Positions 9,098 through 19,425 of a stretch of DNA of 56,373 nucleotides are shown in pieces; positions within the stretch are counted from its first letter, which is position 1, and every line of letters begins with the position of its first letter. The DNA is from an uncultured Clostridia bacterium (GTDB taxonomy: Bacteria > Bacillota > Clostridia > Oscillospirales > JAAYOS01). Under the pieces are notes generated by a model. It saw only the letters and a program-made list of their open reading frames with translations, searched no databases and was not told the DNA's origin. The DNA lies in contig CANPWY010000002.1 of the NCBI GenBank assembly GCA_947585215.1, forward strand, positions 1 to 56,373, in the 5' to 3' direction. The translations under genes were made by a program, and so were the position numbers.

Positions 9098-9197
9098 AAT
9101 ATCGCGGGTAGCTTTGAGGCGCGGCGTCCGGATGGACTGCCGCGCCTCACCTGTCACGTCCGGACGCCGAAGCGTACTCGCGTCCCGTCCGTGATTT

Positions 9198-10841
9198 TTA
9201 CCGCCCGAGCACCACGCTGGTCTGACCGTCCAGAGTGAGGGAGGTCCCGTCCAGAGAGGCGGTCCCCAAGCCGACGGTGCCGTTTATCCTGTCGAGCGTG
9301 ACCCCGGCGGCGGACAAATCCACCGTCGCCGCCTCGTCCCCGACGTTGTGTATAACGGCCACGGTCTCATCCCCGTAGACGGATATGAAGCCGCCAACCT
9401 TGGTGCCCTCAAAGTCGAGGGGAGTGTAGTCGCCTCTGGCGATGGCGGGGTTGGCTTTCCGAATCATAAGCACCCGCTTGTAATAGTTGTAGAGACTGCC
9501 CGCGTCGCTCATCTGCTCCCGGACGGTGGCGGAGACCCGATTGTCGGCGGCGTAGGTGCTGCCCTGCGGGTCTGAGACGGTGTCGCCGTCTCCCCACTCC
9601 ATCTTCAGCCGGCGGTTGGCGTCGGTGTTGGAGCCGCCGCGGGAGCCGCGCATACCGATCTCCTCCCCGTAGTAGATGAAGGGGGAGCCGGGAGAGAGCA
9701 GATAGAGGTTCGCCGCCATCTGCGCCTGACCGGAGGCGGGGCTCAGGAAGCCGGCCGCGCGGTCGGTGTCGTGATTGGCGATGAAGGGGACCATCATAGC
9801 GTCCCCGTTGAGCGCCTTTATCTCGTCCAGATAGCCGTCTACGTAGGATGTGTAAGCGTCTACACTGCCGCCCTTCGCGGCGGCGGACACTTTGCCCTCG
9901 GTCTGACTCATGGTGAAGTCGAAACAGTTGAGGGCGGGGAAGTAGTCGAAGGTGACGCTGTCGGCGTCCCACACCTCGGCCACGGTGTAGATGTCGGGCT
10001 TCAGAGCCTTCAGCTTGTCTATGTACCACACCCAGAACCGGGCGCTCTGCTCGTTGTCGCCGTAGTAGATGTACTTTGCGGCGTCGAAGCGGAAGCCATC
10101 CACGCCGAGATCCAGATAGTGCTTCGCCACGTCCACCACGGCCTCGCGGACGGCGTCGTTGTCATAGTTCAGCTCGGGCATATCGCCGGAGAAGTTGCAC
10201 TCATAGACGTCGTCCGTGCCGGGGATGCGGTTGAAGGTTCTCCCTCCGGGGAGATCGTCCGATTTGTGGTACCATGTGTAGAAGTCATAATAGGGGTCGG
10301 ATGTGTCGCCGCTCCGATGGGCGGCGGTGAAGGCGGTAAACCACGGATTGCCGCTGCCCGTGTGGTTGATGACGAGGTCCATGATGACCTTCACGTCTCG
10401 TTCGTGGCAGAGCTCTGTCAGCTCCTTCAGATCGTCCTCGGTGCCGAAGGCCGGGTCTACCTTATAATAGTCGTCCACGTCGTACTTGTGGTAGCTCTTC
10501 GAGGCGAGAATGGGAGAGAGCCAGATGCCCTCGATGCCCAGACTGAGACCGTCGGCGGGGTCGCCGTCGTTCAGATAGTCCATACGGTCGATGATGCCCC
10601 GCAGGTCGCCGGTGCCGTCCCCGTCGGAGTCGGAGAAGGAACCCACGAATATCTCGTAGAACACCCGGTAGTTGTCGCTCGTGACGTCGCCGTCCTCCAC
10701 GGAAACATCGGTGACGGCGTACTCCGCGGCCGGAGCTTCCGGGGGTTCTGCGGAGGGTTCCCCGGAGGGCGTCCCGACGGGCTCGGAGCAGGCAGAGAGA
10801 AGCAACATAAAGGCGAGAAGCGGCAGAAACAGCTTTTTCAT
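9198..10841 (-). CDS. alpha-amylase family (GH13) glycoside hydrolase, lipoprotein
   Basis: Lipobox MKKLFLPLLAFMLLLSAC. GH13 motifs DLVINHTG, GVDGFRFDAAKY, EVWD, FIANHD. Confidence 0.9.
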   Translation of the reverse strand: MKKLFLPLLAFMLLLSACSEPVGTPSGEPSAEPPEAPAAEYAVTDVSVEDGDVTSDNYRVFYEIFVGSFSDSDGDGTGDLRGIIDRMDYLNDGDPADGLSLGIEGIWLSPILASKSYHKYDVDDYYKVDPAFGTEDDLKELTELCHERDVKVIMDLVINHTGSGNPWFTAFTAAHRSGDTSDPYYDFYTWYHKSDDLPGGRTFNRIPGTDDVYECNFSGDMPELNYDNDAVREAVVDVAKHYLDLGVDGFRFDAAKYIYYGDNEQSARFWVWYIDKLKALKPDIYTVAEVWDADSVTFDYFPALNCFDFTMSQTEGKVSAAAKGGSVDAYTSYVDGYLDEIKALNGDAMMVPFIANHDTDRAAGFLSPASGQAQMAANLYLLSPGSPFIYYGEEIGMRGSRGGSNTDANRRLKMEWGDGDTVSDPQGSTYAADNRVSATVREQMSDAGSLYNYYKRVLMIRKANPAIARGDYTPLDFEGTKVGGFISVYGDETVAVIHNVGDEAATVDLSAAGVTLDRINGTVGLGTASLDGTSLTLDGQTSVVLGR

Positions 10842-10998
10842 ATAAGTACCTCCTTAAAAAGACAGCGGGCGTGTTTGATGTTTTTTCTTATTATGAGCCG
10901 AGCGCGCGGTGGTTGTCAAGCCGAAAAAACGTCCGGCGCGCATCCGCCCTTGAAAATCCCGGCAAACTGTGCTATGTTAAAAAGGAGGTGACGGAGAG

Positions 10999-11490
10999 AT
11001 GGAGCAAAACGTGGCAGAGCTGTATACTGAGGAGGACATCGCCCTTCTTGAGCGGCGGATGAAGCGCCTCCGGACGGCGCTTGTCGTCCTCGGGGCCGCC
11101 GCCTTTGCCGTGTGCGTCGCTCTCGCGGCTCTGACGAACGCCCGGAACGCCGGGAGGATGGAGCTTGCCGCCGTCATCATCAGCACCGTTGTCGGATGGG
11201 TCTGCATCTACGGCGGGATTTTCGGAGTCAGCGCGAAGAAAAAGGAGATAGGCCACGCCCGCATGCTTCGCTCGGAGCCGCGCGAACGCATCGACGGCTC
11301 GGTCACGGTGACGGACGAGCGGCTCAGGATACGGGGCAGCATCACCGTCCGCCGGGTGGAGGTGGCCTCGGAGACGGAGACCCGGCGGGTGCTCGTCCAC
11401 GAGAACCGCGCAGAGCGGCTGGCGGAGCTGCCCGCCACCGCAGTATATGTTGCCCACGGTTACGTGGCGGCAGTGGAGGCGGCAAAATGA
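10999..11490 (+). CDS. hypothetical membrane protein
   Basis: 163 aa with two predicted TM helices. Its stop overlaps the next start (ATGA). Confidence 0.5.
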   Translation: MEQNVAELYTEEDIALLERRMKRLRTALVVLGAAAFAVCVALAALTNARNAGRMELAAVIISTVVGWVCIYGGIFGVSAKKKEIGHARMLRSEPRERIDGSVTVTDERLRIRGSITVRRVEVASETETRRVLVHENRAERLAELPATAVYVAHGYVAAVEAAK

Positions 11491-11981
11491 AAAGAGTGCT
11501 GAAAAACATCCTCTCCCAACTGCACAGCTTTGCCTTGTGGGCTTTGATGTCGGTCCTGCTGTGGGGTTGGATATTCGGCCTTGCCACCGACACGTCCTAC
11601 GATAAAAAGGTGATGATCTACTGCCATGTGCCCGAGCTTCGGGACGTGGAACTGACGATGGCTCTGGAGGACGATCTGCCGGAGGGCATCAAAATGGTGC
11701 AGGTCCGCTCCTTCGACTATGTGATGTTTGACACGGTTTCCATTGCCCGGGCGGATATACTCATCATCCCCGCTATCGACGTATCCAAGATGGGGGACGA
11801 GATCGTTCCGCTTGAGGGAGACGGTGGCGTCGCGGCATACGACCCGGACACCGGCGAGGGCATCCTGCTCGACTACATCACCTACGGGGACGAGGAGTAC
11901 TATCTGTTCCTTGGGGCGGGCTCCGCTCATCTTGAGGACGGGGTAGCCGCACGGATAGCGGAAAAATTGTTGGATATGTGA
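11487..11981 (+). CDS. hypothetical protein with N-terminal TM helix
   Basis: Internal ATG (MKRVLKNILSQL) overlaps the upstream stop. 164 aa. Confidence 0.5.
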   Translation: MKRVLKNILSQLHSFALWALMSVLLWGWIFGLATDTSYDKKVMIYCHVPELRDVELTMALEDDLPEGIKMVQVRSFDYVMFDTVSIARADILIIPAIDVSKMGDEIVPLEGDGGVAAYDPDTGEGILLDYITYGDEEYYLFLGAGSAHLEDGVAARIAEKLLDM

Positions 11982-12100
11982 CAAAGTGGGCGTCCGTATA
12001 GGGACGCTCACCTTGTATATTTACCCATTTTCTGAAAGTTGCACAAATTCGCGTTTGTATTTTTGTACAAAATAAGCTACCCGCTATTAAAAATTATGTA

Positions 12101-12129
12101 TGGACAATGACGGGAAAATCTGCTATAAT
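12101..12129 (+). promoter_or_regulatory. promoter of the sugar ABC transporter operon
   Basis: TGGACA, 17-nt spacer, TATAAT. A perfect palindrome TTTTGTACAAAA lies upstream at 12061-12072. Confidence 0.5.
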
Positions 12130-12236
12130 CTTAGCCGTTGGAGGGCGACATGGGGTACCCCATGTTTTTATCCCTGCCTTGCAGGGATAAGGCTCTACTG
12201 ACGACAAAAATAACAACCAGGAGGAAGAAAAAGAAA

Positions 12237-13589
12237 ATGAAAGTGAGAAAATTTACAGCATTGCTGCTGGTACTTGTCATGGTACTGGCTCTCTGCGCCT
12301 GCGGCTCCGGGACGGAGCAGAGCTCCGAACCGTCCACCCAGCCCACTCAGCAGGGCAGCAGCTCCGGCACCGAGCAGTCGGGCGGAGACAACGAGCAGTC
12401 GGGCGGAGACAGCGAGCAGCAGGGCGACACCGGCAGCGAGCTTGCCGGCACCTATGACATCACCGTCTGGGTCCCGGAGGCCGCCGTTGAGCTGACCAAG
12501 ACTCAGATCGGCAACTTCAACAGCTCCAACGAGTACGGCATCACCATCAACGCCACCGTGGAGCCCGTTTCCGAGGCTGACGCCGCCAACAACATGATAA
12601 CCGACGTGGCCGCCGGCGGAGATATATTCTTCTTCGCGCAGGATCAGCTTTCCCGTATGATCCAGGCCGGCGCTGTCGGCAAGCTCGGTCAGGGCGCCGC
12701 TCAGACCGTGAGCGCCAACAACGATGCCGGTACGGTCATGGCCGCTACCGCCGGCGGAGACATCTATGCCTATCCGCTGACCTCCGATAACGGTTACTTC
12801 ATGTACTACGACAAGTCGGTCATCACCGACGAGTCGCACCTCGGCAGCATGGAGGCTCTTATTGCCGACTGCGAGGCCGCGGGCAAGCTGTTCTCCTTCC
12901 AGCTCGACGACAACGCTTGGTACCTCGCGAGCTTCTTCTTCGGCGCGGGCTGCCACAACGAGTGGACATACGCCGAGGACGGCACCACCATCGAGAAGAT
13001 CGACGATGACTTCAACTCCCCCAACGGCATCATCGCCTGCAAGGGTCTGAAGAAGCTCCTCAGCTCCCCCGCATATAACAACAGCTCCGACGTGTCCGCG
13101 TTCGCCAACGGCTCCGCCATCGTCGTGTCCGGTACCTGGGGCTACAAAGACGCGCTCGATATTCTGGGCGACAACCTCGGCGCCGCCGAGCTGCCCTCCT
13201 TCGAGGTCGACGGACAGAGCTATCACCTCGGCTCCTACAGCGGCTGCAAGCTGCTCGGCGTGAAGCCGCAGGAGGACGCCAAGACCGGCGCCGCGCTGAA
13301 CCAGCTCGCTCTCTACCTGACCGGCAAGGACTGCCAGATGGAGCGCTTCCAGGAGACTACATGGGGCCCCTCCAACCTTGAGGCTCAGGCCGATCCCAGC
13401 GTCTCCACTCCCGCTCTCGTGGCATACGCCGCTCAGAGCGCCTACGCCGTTCCGCAGCCCGTCATCCCCGGCGGTTGGTGGGAGTTCGCCCAGGTCATCG
13501 CCATCGACGTGAAGAACGCCGCTGACGAGACCGGCTATCAGGCCGCGCTTGACAAGTATCAGCAGAGCCTGGACGCTCTGATGGGCTGA
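12237..13589 (+). CDS. sugar ABC transporter substrate-binding lipoprotein (CUT1, maltodextrin/galacto-oligosaccharide type)
   Basis: Start at MKVRKFTALLLVLVMVLALCACGSG (lipobox), then a Ser/Gly/Gln-rich linker and a MalE/CycB-like body. First gene of the transporter operon. Confidence 0.85.
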   Translation: MKVRKFTALLLVLVMVLALCACGSGTEQSSEPSTQPTQQGSSSGTEQSGGDNEQSGGDSEQQGDTGSELAGTYDITVWVPEAAVELTKTQIGNFNSSNEYGITINATVEPVSEADAANNMITDVAAGGDIFFFAQDQLSRMIQAGAVGKLGQGAAQTVSANNDAGTVMAATAGGDIYAYPLTSDNGYFMYYDKSVITDESHLGSMEALIADCEAAGKLFSFQLDDNAWYLASFFFGAGCHNEWTYAEDGTTIEKIDDDFNSPNGIIACKGLKKLLSSPAYNNSSDVSAFANGSAIVVSGTWGYKDALDILGDNLGAAELPSFEVDGQSYHLGSYSGCKLLGVKPQEDAKTGAALNQLALYLTGKDCQMERFQETTWGPSNLEAQADPSVSTPALVAYAAQSAYAVPQPVIPGGWWEFAQVIAIDVKNAADETGYQAALDKYQQSLDALMG

Positions 13590-13660
13590 ACCGCAGGCAG
13601 TCGATCCGTATTCGCGACGACCGAACCGCGTTTGGTTTGACCTGACTCAGCACAGTATGA

Positions 13661-13700
13661 TCGGTCGGAGCTTATGTCCGTAAGCTCCGACCGGTTTTTT
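13661..13700 (+). terminator. intrinsic terminator-like hairpin between the binding-protein and permease genes
   Basis: TCGGTCGGAGCTTA / loop / TAAGCTCCGACCGG followed by TTTTTT. Confidence 0.6.
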
Positions 13701-13714
13701 AGAGGGGTGATTTG

Positions 13715-15250
13715 ATGAAAAGATACAGCGATATGGAGTTCCTTCGCCTATCGAAATGGCAAAAGTTTCTCTACAAACTGGTCTCCTTCCTTGTGGGCAT
13801 CCCGCTGGGAATAGGCCGCTTCTTCAAAAAAATCGGCATCGCCGTCAAGAACGGCGTATTGAGGGTCGTGTCCGAGCTGAAGGATATAGGCGTGACCTTC
13901 GTCCACGGCGACTGGAAGACCAAAGTCTCCTACGTGGTAATGGGATTCGGCAACATAGCCCGGGGACAGGTTCTCCGCGGCCTGCTCTTCCTGCTGTTCG
14001 AGGCGGTGTTCATCTTCTACATGGTGACTACCGGAGGCTACTGGCTGTCAAAGCTGGGGACTCTCGGCACTCAGGGCCCGGAGAGCGTGTACGATCCCAT
14101 CTATGACACGAACACCACCGTGTACCACGACAACTCCTTCAAAATACTGCTCTACGGCGTACTTACGATTTTCTTTATTGTCGCCTTCATCTATACATGG
14201 TGGGTCAACGTGCGGCAGAACAAGCTCGCCGAGCAGATAATCAAATCCGGCAAGAAGCTGAAGTCCGGCAAGGACGATTTGAAGTCCCTTGTGGACGATC
14301 AGTTCCATAAGACCCTGCTCGCTCTGCCCATGGTGGGCATTCTGGTGTTCACCGTGCTGCCCATTGTGTTCATGGTGCTCGTGGCGTTCACCAACTATGA
14401 CGGCTCGCACAACGGCTACTCCAACGCGCTGTTCACGTGGGTGGGCCTGAAGAACTTCAGCACCCTGTTCTCTTGGTCCTCCGCCGGAAGCACCCAGTCC
14501 ATGTCCGCCACCTTCGGCGAGATACTGGTGTGGACCCTGATGTGGGCGTTCTTTGCAACATTTACCAACTACTTCCTCGGCATGGGCGTGGCCATGGCCA
14601 TCAACAAGAAGGGCATCCGCCTGAAGAAGATGTGGCGGACGATCCTCGTCATGACGGTGGCAATACCTCAGTTCATCTCCCTGCTGTACGTCTCAAAGAT
14701 GTTCGCGGCGGACGGACTGATAAACCAGATGCTGCTCAGCTTGGGGTGGATAAAACAGGCTCTGCCCTTCTGGACGGATCCGACATGGGCGAGGATCACG
14801 GTCATAATCATCAACATCTGGATAGGCATCCCGTATCTGATGCTTATCACCACCGGCATTTTGATGAACATCCCTGCCGACCTGTACGAGTCCGCCAAGA
14901 TCGACGGCGCAAATGCGTGGCAGCAGTTCCACAAGATCACTCTGCCCTACATGCTGTTCATCACCGGCCCCTATTTGCTCACCAGCTTTACGGGCAACAT
15001 GAACAACTTCAACGTCATCTACCTGCTGACGGGCGGCGGCCCCACCAACGCGGCGGCCTCCGGCGCGGCGGGTACCGTGGGTCACACGGATCTGTTGATC
15101 ACATGGCTGTTCAAGATAACCACCGGCTCGGACTCCCAGTACTACCTTGCCGCCGTGGTCGGCATAATGGTGTTCGTGGTGGTGGCCATTATCTCCCTTG
15201 TGGTCTACAACGTGCTGCCCTCCATTAAGAACGAGGAGGACTACCAGTGA
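13715..15250 (+). CDS. sugar ABC transporter permease (MalF-like, long N-terminal extension)
   Basis: Multi-TM. EAA-type loop AKIDGANAWQQFHKITLPYM. Confidence 0.9.
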   Translation: MKRYSDMEFLRLSKWQKFLYKLVSFLVGIPLGIGRFFKKIGIAVKNGVLRVVSELKDIGVTFVHGDWKTKVSYVVMGFGNIARGQVLRGLLFLLFEAVFIFYMVTTGGYWLSKLGTLGTQGPESVYDPIYDTNTTVYHDNSFKILLYGVLTIFFIVAFIYTWWVNVRQNKLAEQIIKSGKKLKSGKDDLKSLVDDQFHKTLLALPMVGILVFTVLPIVFMVLVAFTNYDGSHNGYSNALFTWVGLKNFSTLFSWSSAGSTQSMSATFGEILVWTLMWAFFATFTNYFLGMGVAMAINKKGIRLKKMWRTILVMTVAIPQFISLLYVSKMFAADGLINQMLLSLGWIKQALPFWTDPTWARITVIIINIWIGIPYLMLITTGILMNIPADLYESAKIDGANAWQQFHKITLPYMLFITGPYLLTSFTGNMNNFNVIYLLTGGGPTNAAASGAAGTVGHTDLLITWLFKITTGSDSQYYLAAVVGIMVFVVVAIISLVVYNVLPSIKNEEDYQ

Positions 15251-16113
15251 TGAAAAACGAAAAGCGTCACATGGGCTTGAAGGCGACAAACCGCCTGAGC
15301 AATACAGCCATCTATATACTGCTTGTTGTCATCAGCGTTGTCTGGCTGCTCCCCTTTGTCTTTATCCTGCTCCAGTCCTTCCGCGTGGAGTCGACATGGC
15401 AGGTGGGATATGTTATCCCTCAGCAGTGGGGCTTTGACAACTACATAAGGCTCTGGAATTCCGACTTCAAGCGGTGGTATCTGAACACCCTGATAATCGC
15501 TCTGTTCTCCGCGGTGCTGGTGACAGTTATCCAGCTCTGCATGAGCTACACGCTCTCCCGCTTCCGTTTCAAGATGCGCGGCCCGCTGATGCGGTTCATG
15601 CTCATCTTGGGAATGTTCCCCGGGATGCTCACCATGATAATCCTCTACCGCGTTCTGGCCGACCTCGGTCTTACGCAGGCCAACGCGGTGCCCGGCCTTA
15701 TACTGGTGGGCGTGGCGTCCTCCGGCATGGGCTACTATGTGTCCAAGGGCTTCTTTGACACAATACCCAAGTCTCTGGACGAGGCCGCCCGCGTGGACGG
15801 AGCCACCCGTTTTCAGGTGCTGTACAAGATAATCCTGCCGCTCGCAAAGCCCATCGTCATTTACACTATCCTGACCGCTTTCATGGGACCGTGGGGCGAC
15901 TTCGTGTTTGCCCGCTACGTGGCCATGGGTACCTCCGCCGGATACAACGTGGCAGTCGGTATGTACAGCTGGCTCACAAACGACCAGATAAACAGCTGGT
16001 ACACCACCTTCTGCGCCGGCGGCGTGATGGTGGCGCTCCCCGTGACTATCCTCTTCCTGTGCCTGCAGAAGTACTACGTCGAGGGTGTTACCGGCGGCGC
16101 CGTCAAAGGCTGA
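15250..16113 (+). CDS. sugar ABC transporter permease (MalG-like)
   Basis: EAA loop LDEAARVDGATRFQVLYKIILPLAKP. The start overlaps the upstream stop. Confidence 0.9.
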   Translation: MKNEKRHMGLKATNRLSNTAIYILLVVISVVWLLPFVFILLQSFRVESTWQVGYVIPQQWGFDNYIRLWNSDFKRWYLNTLIIALFSAVLVTVIQLCMSYTLSRFRFKMRGPLMRFMLILGMFPGMLTMIILYRVLADLGLTQANAVPGLILVGVASSGMGYYVSKGFFDTIPKSLDEAARVDGATRFQVLYKIILPLAKPIVIYTILTAFMGPWGDFVFARYVAMGTSAGYNVAVGMYSWLTNDQINSWYTTFCAGGVMVALPVTILFLCLQKYYVEGVTGGAVKG

Positions 16114-16134
16114 TTTGAAAGGAGAACAGGACAA

Positions 16135-17256
16135 ATGGCAAGCGTTAAACTCACCGGAGTCAAAAAGATATATGACAACAAGGTCGTGGCCGTCCATGAC
16201 TTCGATTTGGACATCCATGACAAGGAATTCGTGGTCTTCGTCGGCCCTTCCGGATGCGGCAAGTCCACTACCCTGCGCATGATAGCCGGCCTGGAGGACA
16301 TCTCCGAGGGCACCATCGAAATCGACGGCGAGGTCGTCAACGACCTCCAGCCTAAGGACCGCGGTATCGCCATGGTCTTCCAGAACTACGCGCTCTATCC
16401 GCACATGAGCGTCTATGACAACATCGCGTTCTCCCTGCGCCTGAGCAAGGTGCCGGAGGATGTCGTCTACGACAAGGTCACCAAGGCGGCCGAGATACTC
16501 GGCATCACCGAGTACCTGATGCGCAAGCCGAGGGCTCTGTCCGGCGGTCAGCGTCAGCGCGTGGCGATTGGCCGCGCCATGGTGCGGGACTCCAAGGTGT
16601 TCCTGATGGACGAACCCCTCTCCAATCTGGACGCCAAGCTCCGCAACCAGATGCGCGCCGAGATCATTCTCCTCCGCGAGAAGCTGGACACCACCTTCAT
16701 CTACGTCACCCACGACCAGACCGAGGCCATGACCCTGGGCGACCGTATCGTCATCATGAAGGACGGCTACATCATGCAGGTCGGCACCCCCACCGAGGTG
16801 TTCGAGATGCCGAAGAACCTGTTCGTTGCGGGCTTCATCGGCGCTCCGCAGATGAACTTCATCAACACCAAACTCATAAATGAGGGCGGCAAGTACTACG
16901 TCACCCCCTTCGGCGTGAAGCTCCCCGTGGAGGGCGAGAAGGCCGAGATGCTCGCGGCAAAGAACGTCCAGACCAAGGACATCGTCCTGGGCGTGCGGCC
17001 AGAGCACATCCGCCTTGCTGAGGCGGGCGAGCCCGCCATCAAGACCAAGCTGCTCGTCAACGAAATGATGGGCTCCGAGATACATCTCCACGTCTCCACC
17101 GAGGACGATACCCGGCTGATAGTCCGCGTCCCCACTGTGGACCTCTCCAAGGAGGAGCGGACCGCCATGGTGGCGGGGCACGAGCTCGCCGTCACCTTCG
17201 AGGGTAAGGTCATGCACTTCTTCGACCCCGAGAGCTCCGAGAACCTGCTGGTGTAA
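16135..17256 (+). CDS. sugar ABC transporter ATP-binding protein (MsmK/MalK/UgpC family)
   Basis: Walker A GPSGCGKST, signature LSGGQRQR, Walker B FLMDEPLSNLD, and a C-terminal MalK-type regulatory domain. Confidence 0.95.
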   Translation: MASVKLTGVKKIYDNKVVAVHDFDLDIHDKEFVVFVGPSGCGKSTTLRMIAGLEDISEGTIEIDGEVVNDLQPKDRGIAMVFQNYALYPHMSVYDNIAFSLRLSKVPEDVVYDKVTKAAEILGITEYLMRKPRALSGGQRQRVAIGRAMVRDSKVFLMDEPLSNLDAKLRNQMRAEIILLREKLDTTFIYVTHDQTEAMTLGDRIVIMKDGYIMQVGTPTEVFEMPKNLFVAGFIGAPQMNFINTKLINEGGKYYVTPFGVKLPVEGEKAEMLAAKNVQTKDIVLGVRPEHIRLAEAGEPAIKTKLLVNEMMGSEIHLHVSTEDDTRLIVRVPTVDLSKEERTAMVAGHELAVTFEGKVMHFFDPESSENLLV

Positions 17257-17282
17257 GAGCAAAACAAGCGTAACAGACGAGA

Positions 17283-17306
17283 CCCCCGGCTCAAATGAGC
17301 CGGGGG
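17283..17306. terminator. bidirectional terminator hairpin between convergent genes
   Basis: CCCCCGGCTC / AAAT / GAGCCGGGGG followed by a T-rich stretch. Confidence 0.55.
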
Positions 17307-17376
17307 CTTCTTGTTGTTCCTGTTGAATTATCACTGGCGAAATCAGCCGCCGGAAACATTATCCGGAGACCGGCGA

Positions 17377-19425
17377 CTACTCCTTCACGAGCGTGAAGTC
17401 GTCGACGGTGCCCCAGCCGTTGGCGGCGGCCTGTACGCTGATGCCTATGACGAGCGTGCCGCCGGTGACCTGTATGTGCCGAATCGTCGGAGACTGCCAG
17501 TTGGCCCAGCCGTCCACGCTGGCGGAGGCGGTGACGCGCTCCCCGTTCTGCTCTGCAAACAGGAGGAACCGGGCGTTGTCGCCGCAGTCGCCGCCCTGAA
17601 GGAAGCAGGTGAGCGTGTAGGAGCCGTCCTCGAGGCCGGTGACTATCTGCGCGACCTCGAAGCTCTGCTCGGAGGTCGCCCAGAAGTGGAGCGCCGCCGC
17701 GCCGGAGTGTGCGTCGGACTCCTTCTGCTGAATATCCACCGAGGAGGCGCTGTCGCCGGTGACGGTCCAACCGGCAAACCCCTCCTCAAAGCTCTCATTT
17801 GACACAAGGTTGGTGTTCGTCACCGTCACATGCGCGGTGACGGCGCCGCCGCTCTCCAGCGTGCCCTCCACGGTGTACTCGCCGAGCACGGCGGTGTCTA
17901 CGGCGGCCGCCGCGTCGGCGTCCCATGTGACGGAGATGGGCTGCTCGGAGCGGTCGTTCATCACGACGGGGACGGCGTCGGGCAGCTCCAGCGCGGAGCC
18001 GGACATGACCGTTACCTCTACCGCCTCCCAATAGTCGGGAGCGAGCGGCGCGGATGCGCCGGTGGCGAGCAGACCGAACACCTTCAGCGAGGGCAGCGGG
18101 TGACCCGTCCAGTCGAACAGAGCCTGATTGTCCCAGCTCGAGCCGCCGTAGTTTTGGGCGGCGTCTGAGTCGTAACCGCCGGAATAACTTGTCGCCCAGC
18201 CTGCGCCGAGCTCCTCCCAGATGCTCCGGTTCTCGGCGAGAACCCCGGCGGCGTCTGGAGCGGCGGGGTCGTAGACCCTAACGGGTATCCACGCGGGCTC
18301 CCAGTAGAATATGCCGAGACCGGCGTCGCCGACGGACGCCACCGCCGCGGCGACGTCACGCACAGCGTTGGCCTGACTCTGGACGGAGACGCCGTAACCG
18401 GAGGCCGCGGCGCTGTAGGAGTTGCCGCTGCCGTCGCCGTCCTCGGAGGTGTAGGGGTAGGAGACCTCGGCCACCATGACCTCCTTGCCGTAGTCCTCCG
18501 CCACACGCGTGAGCACGTCCGCGAGTCCGCGCGTACCGGCGCTTCCCTCGTGCCAGAATGGATAGTAGGAAGCGCCCACAACGTCAAAATCCAGACCGGC
18601 GTCGTACATCCGGCCTATGCGGGAGAGAAAGCCCTCGGCGTCGTCCACGTTTGTCAGGTGGACGGCGACCTTGACCTCCCTCGCCCCCGCCCACTCGCGG
18701 ACGGCGGCGGAGGCGGCCTTGAGCATGGTAATTATATCGTCCTGATCAGTCTCGCCGCACATGCCGTTGTTTATCTCGTTGCCTATCTGTACCATGCCGA
18801 TGTCGGCTCCGCCGGCGGCGATGGCGTCAAGGCTCTCCTTTGTGTAGTCGGCGATGGCGGCGCACTTCTCCTCAAGCGTCATGCCCGCCCACGCCTTCGG
18901 CGCGGAGTATTTCGCGGGGTCGGACCAGAAGTCGGAGTAGTGGAAGTCCACGAGCAGACGCAGACCCGCGTCGGCGGCGCGTCCGCCGATTTTTGCGGCG
19001 GCCTCGGCGTCGTTGTTGCCGCCGCCGTAGCAGTGACCCTGCCCGTCATACGGGTCGTTCCAGACGCGGACGCGTATCCAGTTCACCCCGGCCTCCGCGA
19101 GCGTGAGGAAGATGTCCTGCTCCCGTCCGTCAAAGCCGTAGTATTTCACTCCGGCGGCCTCCTCCGCAAGCACGCTTGACACGTCCGCGCCGCGGATGAA
19201 CCCGTCCGTCAGGCCGGGAACGGCCTCCACGAACAGCTCGCCCTCCGTGGGCGCGGGAAGCGCGGTCGGCGCGGGCTCCTCCGAGGGTTCGACCGTGGCG
19301 GTCGGGGAAGGTTCCGGCGTCTTTGCGGGCTCTGCGGACTGCCCGACGGACGCGGGCGCGCATCCGGCCGGCGCGAGGCAGAGCGTGAGCGCCAGCGTGA
19401 GCAGAAGAGAAAGTTTCCGTTTCAT
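17377..19425 (-). CDS. arabinogalactan endo-beta-1,4-galactanase (GH53) lipoprotein with C-terminal Ig-like and carbohydrate-binding modules
   Basis: Start at MKRKLSLLLTLALTLCLAPAGC, preceded by AAGGAGG. GH53-like core: FIRGADVSS...GVNWIRVRVWNDP...VDFHYSDFWSDPAKY...VQIGNEINNG. The 215 aa further upstream in the tracked ORF has no coding signal. Confidence 0.8.
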   Translation of the reverse strand: MKRKLSLLLTLALTLCLAPAGCAPASVGQSAEPAKTPEPSPTATVEPSEEPAPTALPAPTEGELFVEAVPGLTDGFIRGADVSSVLAEEAAGVKYYGFDGREQDIFLTLAEAGVNWIRVRVWNDPYDGQGHCYGGGNNDAEAAAKIGGRAADAGLRLLVDFHYSDFWSDPAKYSAPKAWAGMTLEEKCAAIADYTKESLDAIAAGGADIGMVQIGNEINNGMCGETDQDDIITMLKAASAAVREWAGAREVKVAVHLTNVDDAEGFLSRIGRMYDAGLDFDVVGASYYPFWHEGSAGTRGLADVLTRVAEDYGKEVMVAEVSYPYTSEDGDGSGNSYSAAASGYGVSVQSQANAVRDVAAAVASVGDAGLGIFYWEPAWIPVRVYDPAAPDAAGVLAENRSIWEELGAGWATSYSGGYDSDAAQNYGGSSWDNQALFDWTGHPLPSLKVFGLLATGASAPLAPDYWEAVEVTVMSGSALELPDAVPVVMNDRSEQPISVTWDADAAAAVDTAVLGEYTVEGTLESGGAVTAHVTVTNTNLVSNESFEEGFAGWTVTGDSASSVDIQQKESDAHSGAAALHFWATSEQSFEVAQIVTGLEDGSYTLTCFLQGGDCGDNARFLLFAEQNGERVTASASVDGWANWQSPTIRHIQVTGGTLVIGISVQAAANGWGTVDDFTLVKE

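Noticed and set aside
9122-9169. Possible terminator GGCGTCCGGA...TCCGGACGCC between the SGNH-like and GH13 genes
   Set aside because: The arms are separated by a loop of about 28 nt with no U-run. This is too weak to call as a terminator.
15241-17334. 697-aa minus-strand ORF across the ABC permease and ATPase genes
   Set aside because: It is antisense to genes with unmistakable ABC motifs. Its His/Gly/Val/Asp-rich low-complexity translation is characteristic of mirror frames.
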